From: a virus
Length of the DNA: 41,602 nt
Reading direction: 5' to 3' (one strand)
Virus record (IMG/VR): IMGVR_UViG_3300045988_096059
Span: 1 to 41,602 of that record
A program made the position numbers and the translations under genes. The notes below the pieces were generated by a model. The model made no database searches and was not told where the DNA came from. It was given only the letters and a program-made list of their open reading frames with translations. Positions 1 to 7,934 of this stretch are shown piece by piece; the stretch's first letter is position 1, and every line of letters starts with the position of its first letter.

Positions 1-55
1 ACGGACAGATGCAGGAGACAAAAGAAATCAACGACAGGATCGCATTTATATATGG
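1..55. repeat. Terminal direct repeat, copy 1 (identical to 41548..41602)
   Basis: acggacagatgcaggagacaaaagaaatcaacgacaggatcgcatttatatatgg is read at both ends of the window. Confidence 0.95.
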
Positions 56-104
56 TTGGATGCCTAAAGAACAGGCAGACGCATACAGAAAAGAATGGTT
101 ATAG
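3..104 (+). CDS. 3' part of junction-spanning small ORF (61 aa in total, continues from 41466..41547)
   Basis: The reading frame of the ORF starting at 41466 continues through the 55-nt repeat into position 3 and stops at TAG 102..104 (...IAFIYGWMPKEQADAYRKEWL). Confidence 0.45.
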   Translation, partial: GQMQETKEINDRIAFIYGWMPKEQADAYRKEWL

Positions 105-159
105 CAAACAAGCCGAGCCGGGGCGGCATAGTCCCCGGCAGAATGAGAGGAGAAAGAAA

Positions 160-411
160 ATGAAATACAAAGGGCACTACATCGAAAAGGATTCTGTGAA
201 CGGGTTTCACAGCAAGGAGGATATAGACAACTTCCTTCGGAATCAGGCAGTAAAAGACTTCAAAATGTCGGTGGAGATGTTCGCAGCACATTCAACAATG
301 GAATGCAGCATCTTTTCTGCGGAGAAAGCCGACAGACTTGTTAAGGGCTTCGGGTTCACTTGGGAACAGGTCGAAGCCCTTGAAATTGAAACACTTGAAG
401 CACTTGCATAG
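160..411 (+). CDS. hypothetical protein (83 aa)
   Basis: ATG at 160 is preceded by GAGAGGAG 7 nt upstream. This is an internal start of track ORF 52..411. No family recognised. Confidence 0.6.
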   Translation: MKYKGHYIEKDSVNGFHSKEDIDNFLRNQAVKDFKMSVEMFAAHSTMECSIFSAEKADRLVKGFGFTWEQVEALEIETLEALA

Positions 412-424
412 AGAGGAGAAAGCC

Positions 425-571
425 ATGAAATACACTGATAAAAACGAAGCACTCGCCAGATACAAAGCTGCAAGAGCGGCATATCTGGCAGATATGACAG
501 AAGCAAACTGGATCACGTTCTGCGACGCACGCACAGAATGTATGCGGTTGGGAATCAGATTCACACTTTAA
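425..571 (+). CDS. hypothetical small protein (48 aa)
   Basis: ATG at 425 is preceded by GAGAGGAG. It is tightly packed after the previous stop. Confidence 0.5.
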   Translation: MKYTDKNEALARYKAARAAYLADMTEANWITFCDARTECMRLGIRFTL

Positions 572-582
572 GGAGGTACAAG

Positions 583-864
583 ATGCTAAAAGCAACGCTG
601 ACAGTCTCCCAGTTCCGAGCCCTTGAGGGGCTCGCCTACTGGATCGCAGACGAAAAACATATCAAGACGGAGTTCGGCGAGGATGAGCCGGAATTACAGC
701 ACACAAGGGAGACAATAAAAGCCTGTTTTGACGAGCTAGACAAGTTAAAAGTTCCGTTCTGGGTACAGAATACAGCTATTATGTTTGGTCAAAACCTGCA
801 GAGGTACAAGACGGAATACATCAAAGAATACATGAAGACAAAAAATATCACGGTGGGGGCTTAG
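583..864 (+). CDS. hypothetical protein (93 aa)
   Basis: ATG at 583 is preceded by AAGGAGG (MLKATLTVSQFRALEG...). Confidence 0.6.
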   Translation: MLKATLTVSQFRALEGLAYWIADEKHIKTEFGEDEPELQHTRETIKACFDELDKLKVPFWVQNTAIMFGQNLQRYKTEYIKEYMKTKNITVGA

Positions 865-885
865 TCCCCCGGAGGAGGTTCAACA

Positions 886-1023
886 ATGAAGAAAATTATA
901 GTAACAGTAGTCTTCACGGCGGTATTTACCGCCCTGCTGACTGCAGGAGTCATGATAAAAACAGCCCAGCCGGATAAGCCGGTACATATCACATGGGCAG
1001 CAAGTACATATCAGTATGATTAG
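886..1023 (+). CDS. small membrane protein (45 aa)
   Basis: Not in the ORF track (<60 aa). ATG at 886 is preceded by GGAGGAGG. MKKIIVTVVFTAVFTALLTAGVMI is a single hydrophobic helix. Confidence 0.5.
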   Translation: MKKIIVTVVFTAVFTALLTAGVMIKTAQPDKPVHITWAASTYQYD

Positions 1024-1034
1024 GAGGTGACACA

Positions 1035-1241
1035 ATGTCATTAGTCAATGAAATCAAAAGAGAGATACAGGAAGCAGAGAAGAAAATAATCCTCTGCAAC
1101 GCCCAGCTACTGGAAGCCGTGGAACGGGAAGATGAGCCGTCTTGCTGCTACTGGAAAGTCAAGGCGGCTAACGCACAGGGGAAAATAACAGCACTTAATG
1201 ATGTGTTGGACTGGATAGAATGGAACATTATCAAAGAATGA
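1035..1241 (+). CDS. hypothetical protein (68 aa), helical/coiled-coil-like
   Basis: ATG at 1035 is preceded by TAGGAGGTG. Confidence 0.6.
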   Translation: MSLVNEIKREIQEAEKKIILCNAQLLEAVEREDEPSCCYWKVKAANAQGKITALNDVLDWIEWNIIKE

Positions 1242-1307
1242 AGGGACACGATCCCCGGAGTATGGTATAATCAGTTAACAGCCCCAGAGGGCAAGGAGGG
1301 AAACACA

Positions 1308-2114
1308 ATGACGAAGTTAGAAGCGATCAAACGGTTAGGAACAATAGTTAAACACAGCACAAATAGCAACTATCACTATGAGGTGAAAGCTAACGACTGG
1401 CAGAAAATCGACGACAAAAACGGCGGTGCGATTTTGAAGCACCGAACCTATTTTTCTATTGTCGAAACGAGAGAACACAGCAAGCACCATGCTGAAAGAG
1501 AGTATGGATATATGGACATGCTCACAGGGGAATACTACCCCGGCAAAAATGACTTACGGGAAAACTATACTTTCAGCGGAATGCGTTTTGACGAATCCGC
1601 CAGCGTGGACACCGAAGAGCCACGGAGATTCAAAGACAAGTACGAATTTGACAAGTGGATCAACGGGCATCAGACATCGTCCATTGAGGCTATTATCAAC
1701 GGTTTTCAGGATCCAAGTGACGATGAATACATCGCCCTTCTGCAAGCAGAAGGATACACCGATTTAGACAATCTGGTGGAGAACGGGGATCCATACAGCT
1801 TTTGTGGACACACAAACCGTGCCCGTCGTTGGATAATCGAAGAGTACCGGGACAAAGCAGGGGTTGGAAGCACACGGGTATTTGACAATCAACACGAGGC
1901 GTTAGAAACTGCCATGAACGAATGGGATGCCCTCTCTGACAAAGACAAAAAGAGTTACGGCACAGACCCCGCTGGAATGTTCCGTCTGTTCCGCATCAGC
2001 ATCCCACCGCAGAAGTTAGAACAGTATGAAGATGGTGAACTTGACAACACTCTTGCAGACTATGAGACAGGGGAAATCTGGAACGCATTACAGGAGGTGC
2101 ACAATGACAAATAA
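1308..2114 (+). CDS. hypothetical protein (268 aa)
   Basis: ATG is preceded by AAGGAGGG. It is the largest gene of the plus-strand accessory block. No family recognised by eye. Confidence 0.7.
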   Translation: MTKLEAIKRLGTIVKHSTNSNYHYEVKANDWQKIDDKNGGAILKHRTYFSIVETREHSKHHAEREYGYMDMLTGEYYPGKNDLRENYTFSGMRFDESASVDTEEPRRFKDKYEFDKWINGHQTSSIEAIINGFQDPSDDEYIALLQAEGYTDLDNLVENGDPYSFCGHTNRARRWIIEEYRDKAGVGSTRVFDNQHEALETAMNEWDALSDKDKKSYGTDPAGMFRLFRISIPPQKLEQYEDGELDNTLADYETGEIWNALQEVHNDK

Positions 2115-2286
2115 TTATGAGGAATGTATGGAGAGACTCAACTCTCCTGAGGTTAAAGCATACCGGAAGTTTATGGACAACCCGGACAACATCATGGAGT
2201 GCGACGATTGCCCAGAGAATACGGGCAATTCTCCGCTTCCATGCGGGCAACAGAACTGTTGGGTTGCCTGTCACTGCAAAGAATAG
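2104..2286 (+). CDS. Cys-rich small protein (60 aa)
   Basis: ATG at 2104 is preceded by CAGGAGGTG and overlaps the upstream stop (ATGACAAATAA). Seven Cys (CDDCPEN...PCGQQNCWVACHC) suggest a metal-binding mini-protein. Confidence 0.55.
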   Translation: MTNNYEECMERLNSPEVKAYRKFMDNPDNIMECDDCPENTGNSPLPCGQQNCWVACHCKE

Positions 2287-2302
2287 CCCTGAAATGGTGA
2301 GA

Positions 2303-2337
2303 AGCCCCGGAAAATATCCGGGGCTTTTCTTTTTTTC
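2303..2337 (+). terminator. Intrinsic terminator closing the plus-strand accessory block
   Basis: Stem AGCCCCGG / CCGGGGCT with a 7-nt loop, followed by TTTTCTTTTTTT. Confidence 0.8.
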
Positions 2338-2440
2338 TGCTTAAATCGCCTTCATTTTTTGCAGAAACACAACAAATAATTATCATATATTGGACACTTA
2401 TATTATACCGCTAAATTGCAGTAATTGCAAGGGTTTTCTT

Positions 2441-2878
2441 CTATTCAAAGTAGGCTTCTGTGATGGTGCGCCGGAGCTGGTCAAGTGCTTCACGGCGCAT
2501 GGTGTAAACAGAACGAGTGGTGACAGCGAACTTATAAGCAAGCATGTCAACGTTATGGGATATGTACCCACCATCAAAGAAAAAAGCTCTGATGACGGCG
2601 TTCTGCTCCTCTGACAGGGTGCTAAGTCCGTAGTTGAGAGCTTCCTCGTACTGCTCAAGTCGCTGTATCTGGGTTTCAATCTTCATCCGTTCAGCGGCTG
2701 TTGAAGCTACGGGATCGCTTGGTTTTCCGGAACGCCCCGGGGAGCCGTCACTCCTTCCCTTGATTTCAGTGATTGCCGCAAGCTCGTCTTTCAGTTTCTT
2801 CTTCCGGGATTCCCAGTGCTTTGAATCCTGCAAGAACTTCACTACGTTGAATTCAACGAATTTATTCAATCTCATCAC
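2441..2878 (-). CDS. ArpU-family phage late transcriptional regulator (sigma-70 region-4-like HTH)
   Basis: 145 aa, the last gene of the early operon. The C-terminal LSEEQNAVIRAFFFDGG...MLAYKFAVTTRSVYTMRREALDQL matches the ArpU/RinA-like pattern. Confidence 0.75.
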   Translation of the reverse strand: MMRLNKFVEFNVVKFLQDSKHWESRKKKLKDELAAITEIKGRSDGSPGRSGKPSDPVASTAAERMKIETQIQRLEQYEEALNYGLSTLSEEQNAVIRAFFFDGGYISHNVDMLAYKFAVTTRSVYTMRREALDQLRRTITEAYFE

Positions 2879-3035
2879 CCGCCTTTACTCTCTGCCCGAA
2901 CCTGACAGCCGGCTTTTTCTTGAAACCTATGTATCGCACCACCTTTTTTTTCTGGCTTCTTACATGGACTTCCCAAAGTCCGGTATCGGTGCTTTTGCAG
3001 ACCTTTTCAACAATCCCATCGTTTTGAAAAACCAT
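2862..3035 (-). CDS. hypothetical small protein (57 aa)
   Basis: Not in the track. ATG at 3035 is preceded by GAAAGGATGG (MVFQNDGIVEKVCKSTDTGLWEVHV...VKAGDEIE). It overlaps the ArpU start by 17 nt. Confidence 0.4.
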   Translation of the reverse strand: MVFQNDGIVEKVCKSTDTGLWEVHVRSQKKKVVRYIGFKKKPAVRFGQRVKAGDEIE

Positions 3036-3036
3036 C

Positions 3037-3318
3037 TTACCATCCTTTCATAGAAACACCTGCGTTTTTTTCAATGGACTTTCTGATATCTTCCCATGTC
3101 ACAACACCTTCAGAGAGGTAATCTGCATAATGGTTTGTAAGTTCTATAATCCGGCATACCTGTTCTTCGTTCAGTCCCACAACATCCACCGTGGCGGCTA
3201 GAATCAGCATACCGAGCTTGTCCGTAAGTCCACTACTGATTTCACGTTTCATCCTGTCGATTTCACTGGTGCCCATCAAGACTTTTTTCTTCTTGGATTT
3301 CTTCTTTACTCTTTGCAT
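3037..3318 (-). CDS. hypothetical protein (93 aa), Lys-rich N-terminus
   Basis: Track ORF with RBS AGAGGG upstream of ATG 3318. Confidence 0.55.
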   Translation of the reverse strand: MQRVKKKSKKKKVLMGTSEIDRMKREISSGLTDKLGMLILAATVDVVGLNEEQVCRIIELTNHYADYLSEGVVTWEDIRKSIEKNAGVSMKGW

Positions 3319-3815
3319 GATACGCCCTCTTTGCCTTTCATTGCAAGCTCACAAAGGTTCTTGTAGCAGTCCCTTTCAATTCTCAAAGTCTTCATTTCAT
3401 CCGTTTCTTCGTGCGGATTTACTACCGGGAGTGCGGGCGCAAGGCTCTTTGCCACAAGCTCCCGTACCTCGGCCATTTCGCTACTCGTAACCTTCTTCCG
3501 GAACGACTGCAGATAGTCGTCGAAAACGTACTGTATCATGCTTGTCGACGTCCACCGAATCCCATTGTAACTAATCGCAACCTCATGTGGCTTATTTGTT
3601 GGCACATCTAACAATGCCAGTGCCAGAGAGTGGTCGTCAAACGGTGCAAGGATCAGCACCGTCTTTCCATTTTTCAAACTCCACAGCTCACCGGCGTGCT
3701 TGGTTCGTTCTTCTGGCTCCGGCGTTGCATCCACCTTCTTGATTGCCTCGTATGCGGTCAGATCCAGACATCCAGATCCGTTCCGCTTTAAGTCTCTGTC
3801 ATTTATTTTTTCCAT
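3306..3815 (-). CDS. hypothetical protein (169 aa)
   Basis: Internal ATG (MEKINDRDL...) of track ORF 3306..3878, chosen because the longer form overlaps the upstream HTH gene. Confidence 0.55.
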   Translation of the reverse strand: MEKINDRDLKRNGSGCLDLTAYEAIKKVDATPEPEERTKHAGELWSLKNGKTVLILAPFDDHSLALALLDVPTNKPHEVAISYNGIRWTSTSMIQYVFDDYLQSFRKKVTSSEMAEVRELVAKSLAPALPVVNPHEETDEMKTLRIERDCYKNLCELAMKGKEGVSCKE

Positions 3816-4020
3816 CTGTCTTTTCTCCAAATAATAACCAGTCAGCCGACACCTCAAGCACTCTGCATGTATCTGCAAGGTATTTCGTGCTCATCCAGTT
3901 CCCATTATTGCACCAGTAGCTTATTGTTGCCGGACTCACTCCGACACGCTCCGCAAGCTCTCTCTGTGATATTCCCTTGCGATATATCGCCCTACCGAGT
4001 CTCGTTGCAAAATCACACAC
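3799..4020 (-). CDS. XRE-family HTH transcriptional regulator (73 aa)
   Basis: GISQRELAERVGVSPATISYWCNNGN is a classic HTH_3. A GTG start at 4020 with GGAGGA 7 nt upstream avoids the 70-nt overlap of the longer track ORF. Confidence 0.75.
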   Translation of the reverse strand: MCDFATRLGRAIYRKGISQRELAERVGVSPATISYWCNNGNWMSTKYLADTCRVLEVSADWLLFGEKTDGKNK

Positions 4021-4294
4021 TTTCGGGTCCTCCTGTATCCGCCGCACAAGCGGCATATCCTGCAAGGTCAATGTAACTATCAAGCTTGGATCTTCCAGTC
4101 TTGATTCGTGCGATTTTCAACAGGCACATCATCATTGCCACGTCATCCGCCATCACTGTACGGTCAAGATATGTGCTCCACAAATCTGCGATCAGTGCGA
4201 AGTTGTTCTCCGGTTCTCCGTATGCGTCCGGCCTGTCCTCACAGACTGTCTGTATTGCCGCCTCCAACACGGCTTTTCTCATTGAATCCGCCAT
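4013..4294 (-). CDS. DUF6378-like protein (93 aa), commonly adjacent to phage MazG-type enzymes
   Basis: Pattern R..YG.PE.NF..IA.LW..YL...V...DV..MM.LLK.AR......D...DL.GYA. TAATG overlap with the upstream gene. Confidence 0.55.
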   Translation of the reverse strand: MADSMRKAVLEAAIQTVCEDRPDAYGEPENNFALIADLWSTYLDRTVMADDVAMMMCLLKIARIKTGRSKLDSYIDLAGYAACAADTGGPESV

Positions 4295-4815
4295 TAGATG
4301 TCGCCCTCCTCTCTGTGGTTTGCTCTGTACTCCGAAAAACCTTCCGGATATCTCTTTTTCAGCTTGTCCACATTGGTCTGCATCACATCGTCAAGCTCCC
4401 ATCCGCACGACTCGCAAATCAATGCCACATACCACATCACATCTCCGAGTTCCTTTTTCAGATGCTCCATGTCGACGCCTTTTCCGTGGAAGATTCCCTT
4501 TTTCACGATGTCAACAACTTCTCCTGCTTCTCCGGTGAGTCCCATTACTCCGTTTACCAGACTCCCGACGCAGACTCTGTGGTTTACACCCATAAGGCTT
4601 GCCAACTTCTCCGTGTCGTTCGGATTCATCGTTCTCATTGCTAATTCCTGATATTCATTTCCTGTCATTTTTTTTTTCTCCTTTTCTCTTTCGTCAGCTT
4701 CTTTCAACGCTCCGTATACCATAACGTAAATCGTTGTTGCCCTCTCATCATTGATAGGTGGTGCTATCAATGGAGCTATGAAGTGCCAACAATCCATATA
4801 GGTTAAGTCTTTCAT
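4294..4815 (-). CDS. MazG-like nucleoside triphosphate pyrophosphohydrolase
   Basis: YQELAMRT...GLTGEAGEVVDIVKK...ELGDVMWYVA...VMQTNVDKLKKRYP are MazG/NTP-PPase helices. The true start may be the internal ATG at 4668 (AAGGAG upstream). Confidence 0.8.
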   Translation of the reverse strand: MKDLTYMDCWHFIAPLIAPPINDERATTIYVMVYGALKEADEREKEKKKMTGNEYQELAMRTMNPNDTEKLASLMGVNHRVCVGSLVNGVMGLTGEAGEVVDIVKKGIFHGKGVDMEHLKKELGDVMWYVALICESCGWELDDVMQTNVDKLKKRYPEGFSEYRANHREEGDI

Positions 4816-4818
4816 TTT

Positions 4819-4953
4819 TCACCCCACATCGGCGACCAATCCATAAACACCGGCACCGCCAAGAACCATAGGCAAGCCATTCTTCCGGTTTGGGAAATGG
4901 CGTACATGACTGCAGCCGATACGCTCATCCATGTTAGGGAACATGCTATCCAT
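4819..4953 (-). CDS. hypothetical small protein (44 aa)
   Basis: Internal ATG of track ORF 4819..5025 with AGGAGGG upstream (MDSMFPNMDERIG...). Confidence 0.35.
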   Translation of the reverse strand: MDSMFPNMDERIGCSHVRHFPNRKNGLPMVLGGAGVYGLVADVG

Positions 4954-4957
4954 CTCA

Positions 4958-5407
4958 TTACGCCCTCCTGTTCCATACTTCAATAGCTTCGACTGGCGTC
5001 TCGTATGACATCGTATTACACGCACAGCCTACGCACTGCACATGGTGATGCTCACGTCCCGTATGATACATTCTTGCGTCCTTTCCGCAGAACGGACACG
5101 GTTTTAGTTCTGGTTCTTTCGTCTTTGGCTCGAATTGGTTCGAATATCTTTCCGTGCATTCAATACACGGATATTCATCTTCGCCCCTATCACCATATTT
5201 GCAGAACCTACAGCTTTTATCGATTTCTTCATCTTCCACCGCCCACTGGATAAATGCTGAATTACAGCCCACACTGGCTTCGTTAAACTCACAATCATTA
5301 CACATTGTTCCTTTGCATGGTCTTAGTTCACCATTTACTTTCGCAAGTGATCCCTTACTTGCCGCAATCCTTTTGATTTTGTTTTTATGTTTTTCGAAAT
5401 TTGTCAT
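4958..5407 (-). CDS. Cys-rich protein with C-terminal Lar-family (restriction alleviation)-like domain
   Basis: The C-terminus KPCPFCGKDARMYHTGREHHHVQCVGCACNTMSYETPVEAIEVWNRRA fits the Lar-family zinc-ribbon pattern (CPFCG...C..C.....AI..WN.R). The N-terminal half has further CxxC pairs. Start taken at MTNFEKH. Confidence 0.65.
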   Translation of the reverse strand: MTNFEKHKNKIKRIAASKGSLAKVNGELRPCKGTMCNDCEFNEASVGCNSAFIQWAVEDEEIDKSCRFCKYGDRGEDEYPCIECTERYSNQFEPKTKEPELKPCPFCGKDARMYHTGREHHHVQCVGCACNTMSYETPVEAIEVWNRRA

Positions 5408-5592
5408 TCTATCACCCCATCTTCTTTTTCGAACAGTTCGCACCCCTTGCAATCGTCCTCGAACGCATAACAACAGCAGTGTTCACTTTCGTCATTGCAA
5501 CAGATATCGTCGTACATGTATTTGCACTCGTTCATATCAGCAATCGTTATCAGCGTTTTTCCGCCGAATGTTCCCTCGATCCAGCGGCTCAT
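5404..5592 (-). CDS. Cys-rich small protein (62 aa)
   Basis: ATG at 5592 is preceded by GGAGGTG. Sequence ...DDICCNDESEHCCCYAFEDDCKGCELF. Confidence 0.5.
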   Translation of the reverse strand: MSRWIEGTFGGKTLITIADMNECKYMYDDICCNDESEHCCCYAFEDDCKGCELFEKEDGVIE

Positions 5593-5885
5593 TCTTTCAC
5601 CTCCCTGTACGGCTCCGGCAACGGCATCCATGCTGTAATGTCAACTCCTTCTTCGATTTCATCAATACAATTTTCTCCATATTCTCGAAGTATGTCCACG
5701 CAAGTTGCTGAACCCCAGTGCCATATTCCCTTGTATAAAACACCTGCCCCTACGAATGGTTTATCTTTTATGTCGGCATAATAGGGCTCTGGTTCCCTGT
5801 TTACCCATGTAATATTTACTTCTGTGAGATCCTCCGGCAACCTTTCCGTCACCGGTATCCATTCGCCATGTTTTGCTTCTTTCAT
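5589..5885 (-). CDS. DUF551-like phage protein
   Basis: GEWIPVTERLPE near the N-terminus and ITAWMPLPEPY at the C-terminus are the DUF551 hallmarks. Confidence 0.6.
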   Translation of the reverse strand: MKEAKHGEWIPVTERLPEDLTEVNITWVNREPEPYYADIKDKPFVGAGVLYKGIWHWGSATCVDILREYGENCIDEIEEGVDITAWMPLPEPYREVKE

Positions 5886-6031
5886 TCTGCGCGCTCCTCG
5901 TTTTTATTCATCTGCGCTATGTAGATCTGTGTGGCGCACTGGACCACAGTTTCTTGACAACCACCGGTGCCATTGCGGAAGCACTTAACGCAGGCGTTGG
6001 TCACCATTATCATCACTTCCTGAAACGTCAT
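5882..6031 (-). CDS. hypothetical small protein (49 aa)
   Basis: Not in the track. ATG at 6031 is preceded by GGAGGGATG. ATGA overlap with the downstream gene (MTFQEVMIMVTNACVKCFRNGTGGCQ...). Confidence 0.4.
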   Translation of the reverse strand: MTFQEVMIMVTNACVKCFRNGTGGCQETVVQCATQIYIAQMNKNEERAE

Positions 6032-6108
6032 TCTTCATCCCTCCAGTCTATCCGTTGCCCGCAATTCGGGCAGTAATCATAATCGTCATAATCAACCTCA
6101 TATCTCAT
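6028..6108 (-). CDS. mini zinc-ribbon peptide (26 aa)
   Basis: ATG at 6108 is preceded by GAAAGGAGG (MRYEVDYDDYDYCPNCGQRIDWRDEE). ATGA-coupled to the next ORF. Confidence 0.3.
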   Translation of the reverse strand: MRYEVDYDDYDYCPNCGQRIDWRDEE

Positions 6109-6122
6109 TCCGTGCCTCCTTT

Positions 6123-6359
6123 CTACCATCCTATAATGCAATAGCCTTCTTTCAATCCATATTCAGGCACGTTCCGTAAAACGTACTTGATTGTCCTTGT
6201 CGCGAATCTTCCCGTGTAGTATCTGCCTGTCCATTCTCCCAGAACTATCTTGTCACCTTCCTGCGCATCATCATCGTCTTTTCTGATTTCAAAATTCTTT
6301 TTGCGATCCTGCACTGCTTCAAAATATTCAGGCAGAATCTTTTTTCTTATAGCTTTCAT
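6123..6359 (-). CDS. DUF3850 / ASCH-PUA-like domain protein
   Basis: KILPEYFEAVQDRKKNFEIRKDD....GD.I.L.EW......TGR fits the DUF3850 pattern. Confidence 0.65.
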   Translation of the reverse strand: MKAIRKKILPEYFEAVQDRKKNFEIRKDDDDAQEGDKIVLGEWTGRYYTGRFATRTIKYVLRNVPEYGLKEGYCIIGW

Positions 6360-6622
6360 TCTGTGCCCCCTTTCACCACATTGTTTTCATAACGCACTCC
6401 CTTTACCATCAAATACCCATCCATTTCCTGCACTGCATCAACCATAGTGCGGATGGTGACTTCGCCTGTGTCTTCGTTGATTTCCACCTGATAGCCAGTG
6501 CCAGAAAAGCCAGTATATTTTTCATCCGCCATCGCCGTTCCAACACTAAATCCTACCAGCATTCCGCCAAACCAGATTGCACACAGGGAAAGAATGATTA
6601 TAGTTCGCTTAACGGCTGTCAT
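6356..6622 (-). CDS. membrane-anchored hypothetical protein (88 aa)
   Basis: ATG at 6622 is preceded by AGGAGGTG. N-terminal TM IIILSLCAIWFGGMLVGFSVG. Confidence 0.55.
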   Translation of the reverse strand: MTAVKRTIIILSLCAIWFGGMLVGFSVGTAMADEKYTGFSGTGYQVEINEDTGEVTIRTMVDAVQEMDGYLMVKGVRYENNVVKGGTE

Positions 6623-6634
6623 TGCTTGCACCTC

Positions 6635-7045
6635 CTAGAACGGGCAATCATCTTCCGACATTGCCATGAATCCTTCCGGCACATTCTCGCTAGATGACTC
6701 TGTACGGCTCTGTGATTGTCTCTCGCTGTTTTTATCGCCCCATTCGAGGAATTCTGCCCTATCAGCGATAACGTCCGTTGTATAGACTGTATCGCCGTTC
6801 CTATTGGTGAAGCTCCCTGTTTGGAGTCTGCCCTGTATTCCTACCAGTCTTCCCTTTGCAAGATACTTCTCGCAGTTCTCCGCCTGTTTTCCAAACACAG
6901 TGACTCTTGGGAAATCTGCTTTCTTCTCCTCACCCCTTTTCGTTGGTCTGTCAATAGCTACCGTGAATGTAGCAATCGCCATTTCTCCTGCCCATCTGAT
7001 TTCTGGATCTTTTGTTAATCTGCCGATTAAAATTACTGAATTCAT
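6635..7045 (-). CDS. ssb: single-stranded DNA-binding protein
   Basis: MNSVILIGRLTKDPEIR...FTVA.....ADF..V..FGKQAE....YL.KG..V...GRLQ is an OB fold, and the tail ends in the acidic ..EDDCPF tip. ATG at 7045 is preceded by AGGAGGG. Confidence 0.93.
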   Translation of the reverse strand: MNSVILIGRLTKDPEIRWAGEMAIATFTVAIDRPTKRGEEKKADFPRVTVFGKQAENCEKYLAKGRLVGIQGRLQTGSFTNRNGDTVYTTDVIADRAEFLEWGDKNSERQSQSRTESSSENVPEGFMAMSEDDCPF

Positions 7046-7233
7046 CGTTTCGTCCCTCCTAAAATTACACACAGTATAAACAAAATCACCAATGCGGCCG
7101 GAATCCATGTTGGCGCGAGAACCCACACCCAACTCCACGAAATGATTTTGCAGAGTTTCAAGACAATAAACACAATCGTCAATAGTCCGCAAAATCCAAT
7201 ACCACCACCTACGCTTCTATTTTCTTCTTTCAT
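7042..7233 (-). CDS. small two-TM membrane protein (63 aa)
   Basis: Track ORF with hydrophobic stretches GFCGLLTIVFIVL and WIPAALVILFILCVILG. Confidence 0.55.
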   Translation of the reverse strand: MKEENRSVGGGIGFCGLLTIVFIVLKLCKIISWSWVWVLAPTWIPAALVILFILCVILGGTKR

Positions 7234-7244
7234 ATGTACCTCCT

Positions 7245-7925
7245 TTACAATATTCGTTCTCTGATAAACCTGTCCGCATACTGCGGATGTATTAAACTCC
7301 TTTGAACTTGCCTCGATATACCATCCCTCTTTTTCACATGATTTATAGTTTTAGTCTCCACATATTCCAAAGGCTCAAATATGAAGTTATTTTTTGGTTC
7401 GAAATTGATAAACCAGTATTGAGTCGGCTTCTTGTAGTAGTCTCCATTTTGCCGTCTATCCATATCAATGATTTTAGGTTTGATGCACCAATACTGTTTC
7501 AAATAATGTTGGGCGGAATACGGATTTTCTATTACACATTTCAGCCTTTTTCGCAAGCACACAACTACAAGCTGTGAAATTTTTTCATATAGCATGGCAC
7601 GTTCGTTGTGAAGCTTTATACACGTTTCCAACTTCTGCTCATCCGTGTACCTTTTCATTTGGAATGAATCACCCCTAAAAGACAAATTCACTTGATCTTC
7701 AAACCGCGTACATGGAAAGAATGCAAAAATTATATCTTCCTGAGAAAACGTATCAAACACGCTCCGCCCCCCCATATACGCTTCTTGAATTTCTTTAAAG
7801 ATATCTATTTGGAAATCCGTCTCTCCGAAATCATTCAGGATATCATAGTCATATGCTTGCACACCATTTTTGATAAACGCATTTTTAAATGTTCCTGACT
7901 GTTCAAAGAGTAAATGTGCTTTCAT
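7245..7925 (-). CDS. divergent C5-cytosine-methyltransferase-like protein (226 aa)
   Basis: Ordered motifs LLFEQSGTFKNAF (motif I-like), FFPCTRF (Pro-Cys motif IV-like) and VIENPYS (ENV-like motif VI). It resembles the short phage ACE.SG..R.AF / PPCT family. The gene is visibly AT-richer than its neighbours. Confidence 0.5.
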   Translation of the reverse strand: MKAHLLFEQSGTFKNAFIKNGVQAYDYDILNDFGETDFQIDIFKEIQEAYMGGRSVFDTFSQEDIIFAFFPCTRFEDQVNLSFRGDSFQMKRYTDEQKLETCIKLHNERAMLYEKISQLVVVCLRKRLKCVIENPYSAQHYLKQYWCIKPKIIDMDRRQNGDYYKKPTQYWFINFEPKNNFIFEPLEYVETKTINHVKKRDGISRQVQRSLIHPQYADRFIRERIL

Positions 7926-7934
7926 ATATACCTC

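Noticed and set aside
2303-2337. Use of the accessory-block terminator as a bidirectional terminator for the ArpU operon
   Set aside because: On the minus strand the hairpin is followed by UCUCACC rather than a U-tract. Only weak evidence (TTGCA-ATTAC-TGCAA at about 2413..2427) exists for termination of the early operon.
4086-4651. Plus-strand ORFs of 150, 178 and 117 aa opposite the MazG/DUF6378 genes
   Set aside because: These are antisense frames of well-supported minus-strand genes, with no RBS and Ser/Pro/Cys-rich sequences.
5154-5781. 185-aa and 126-aa plus-strand ORFs opposite the Lar-like and Cys-rich genes
   Set aside because: These are antisense shadow ORFs without RBS. The minus-strand genes are translationally coupled and carry recognisable motifs.
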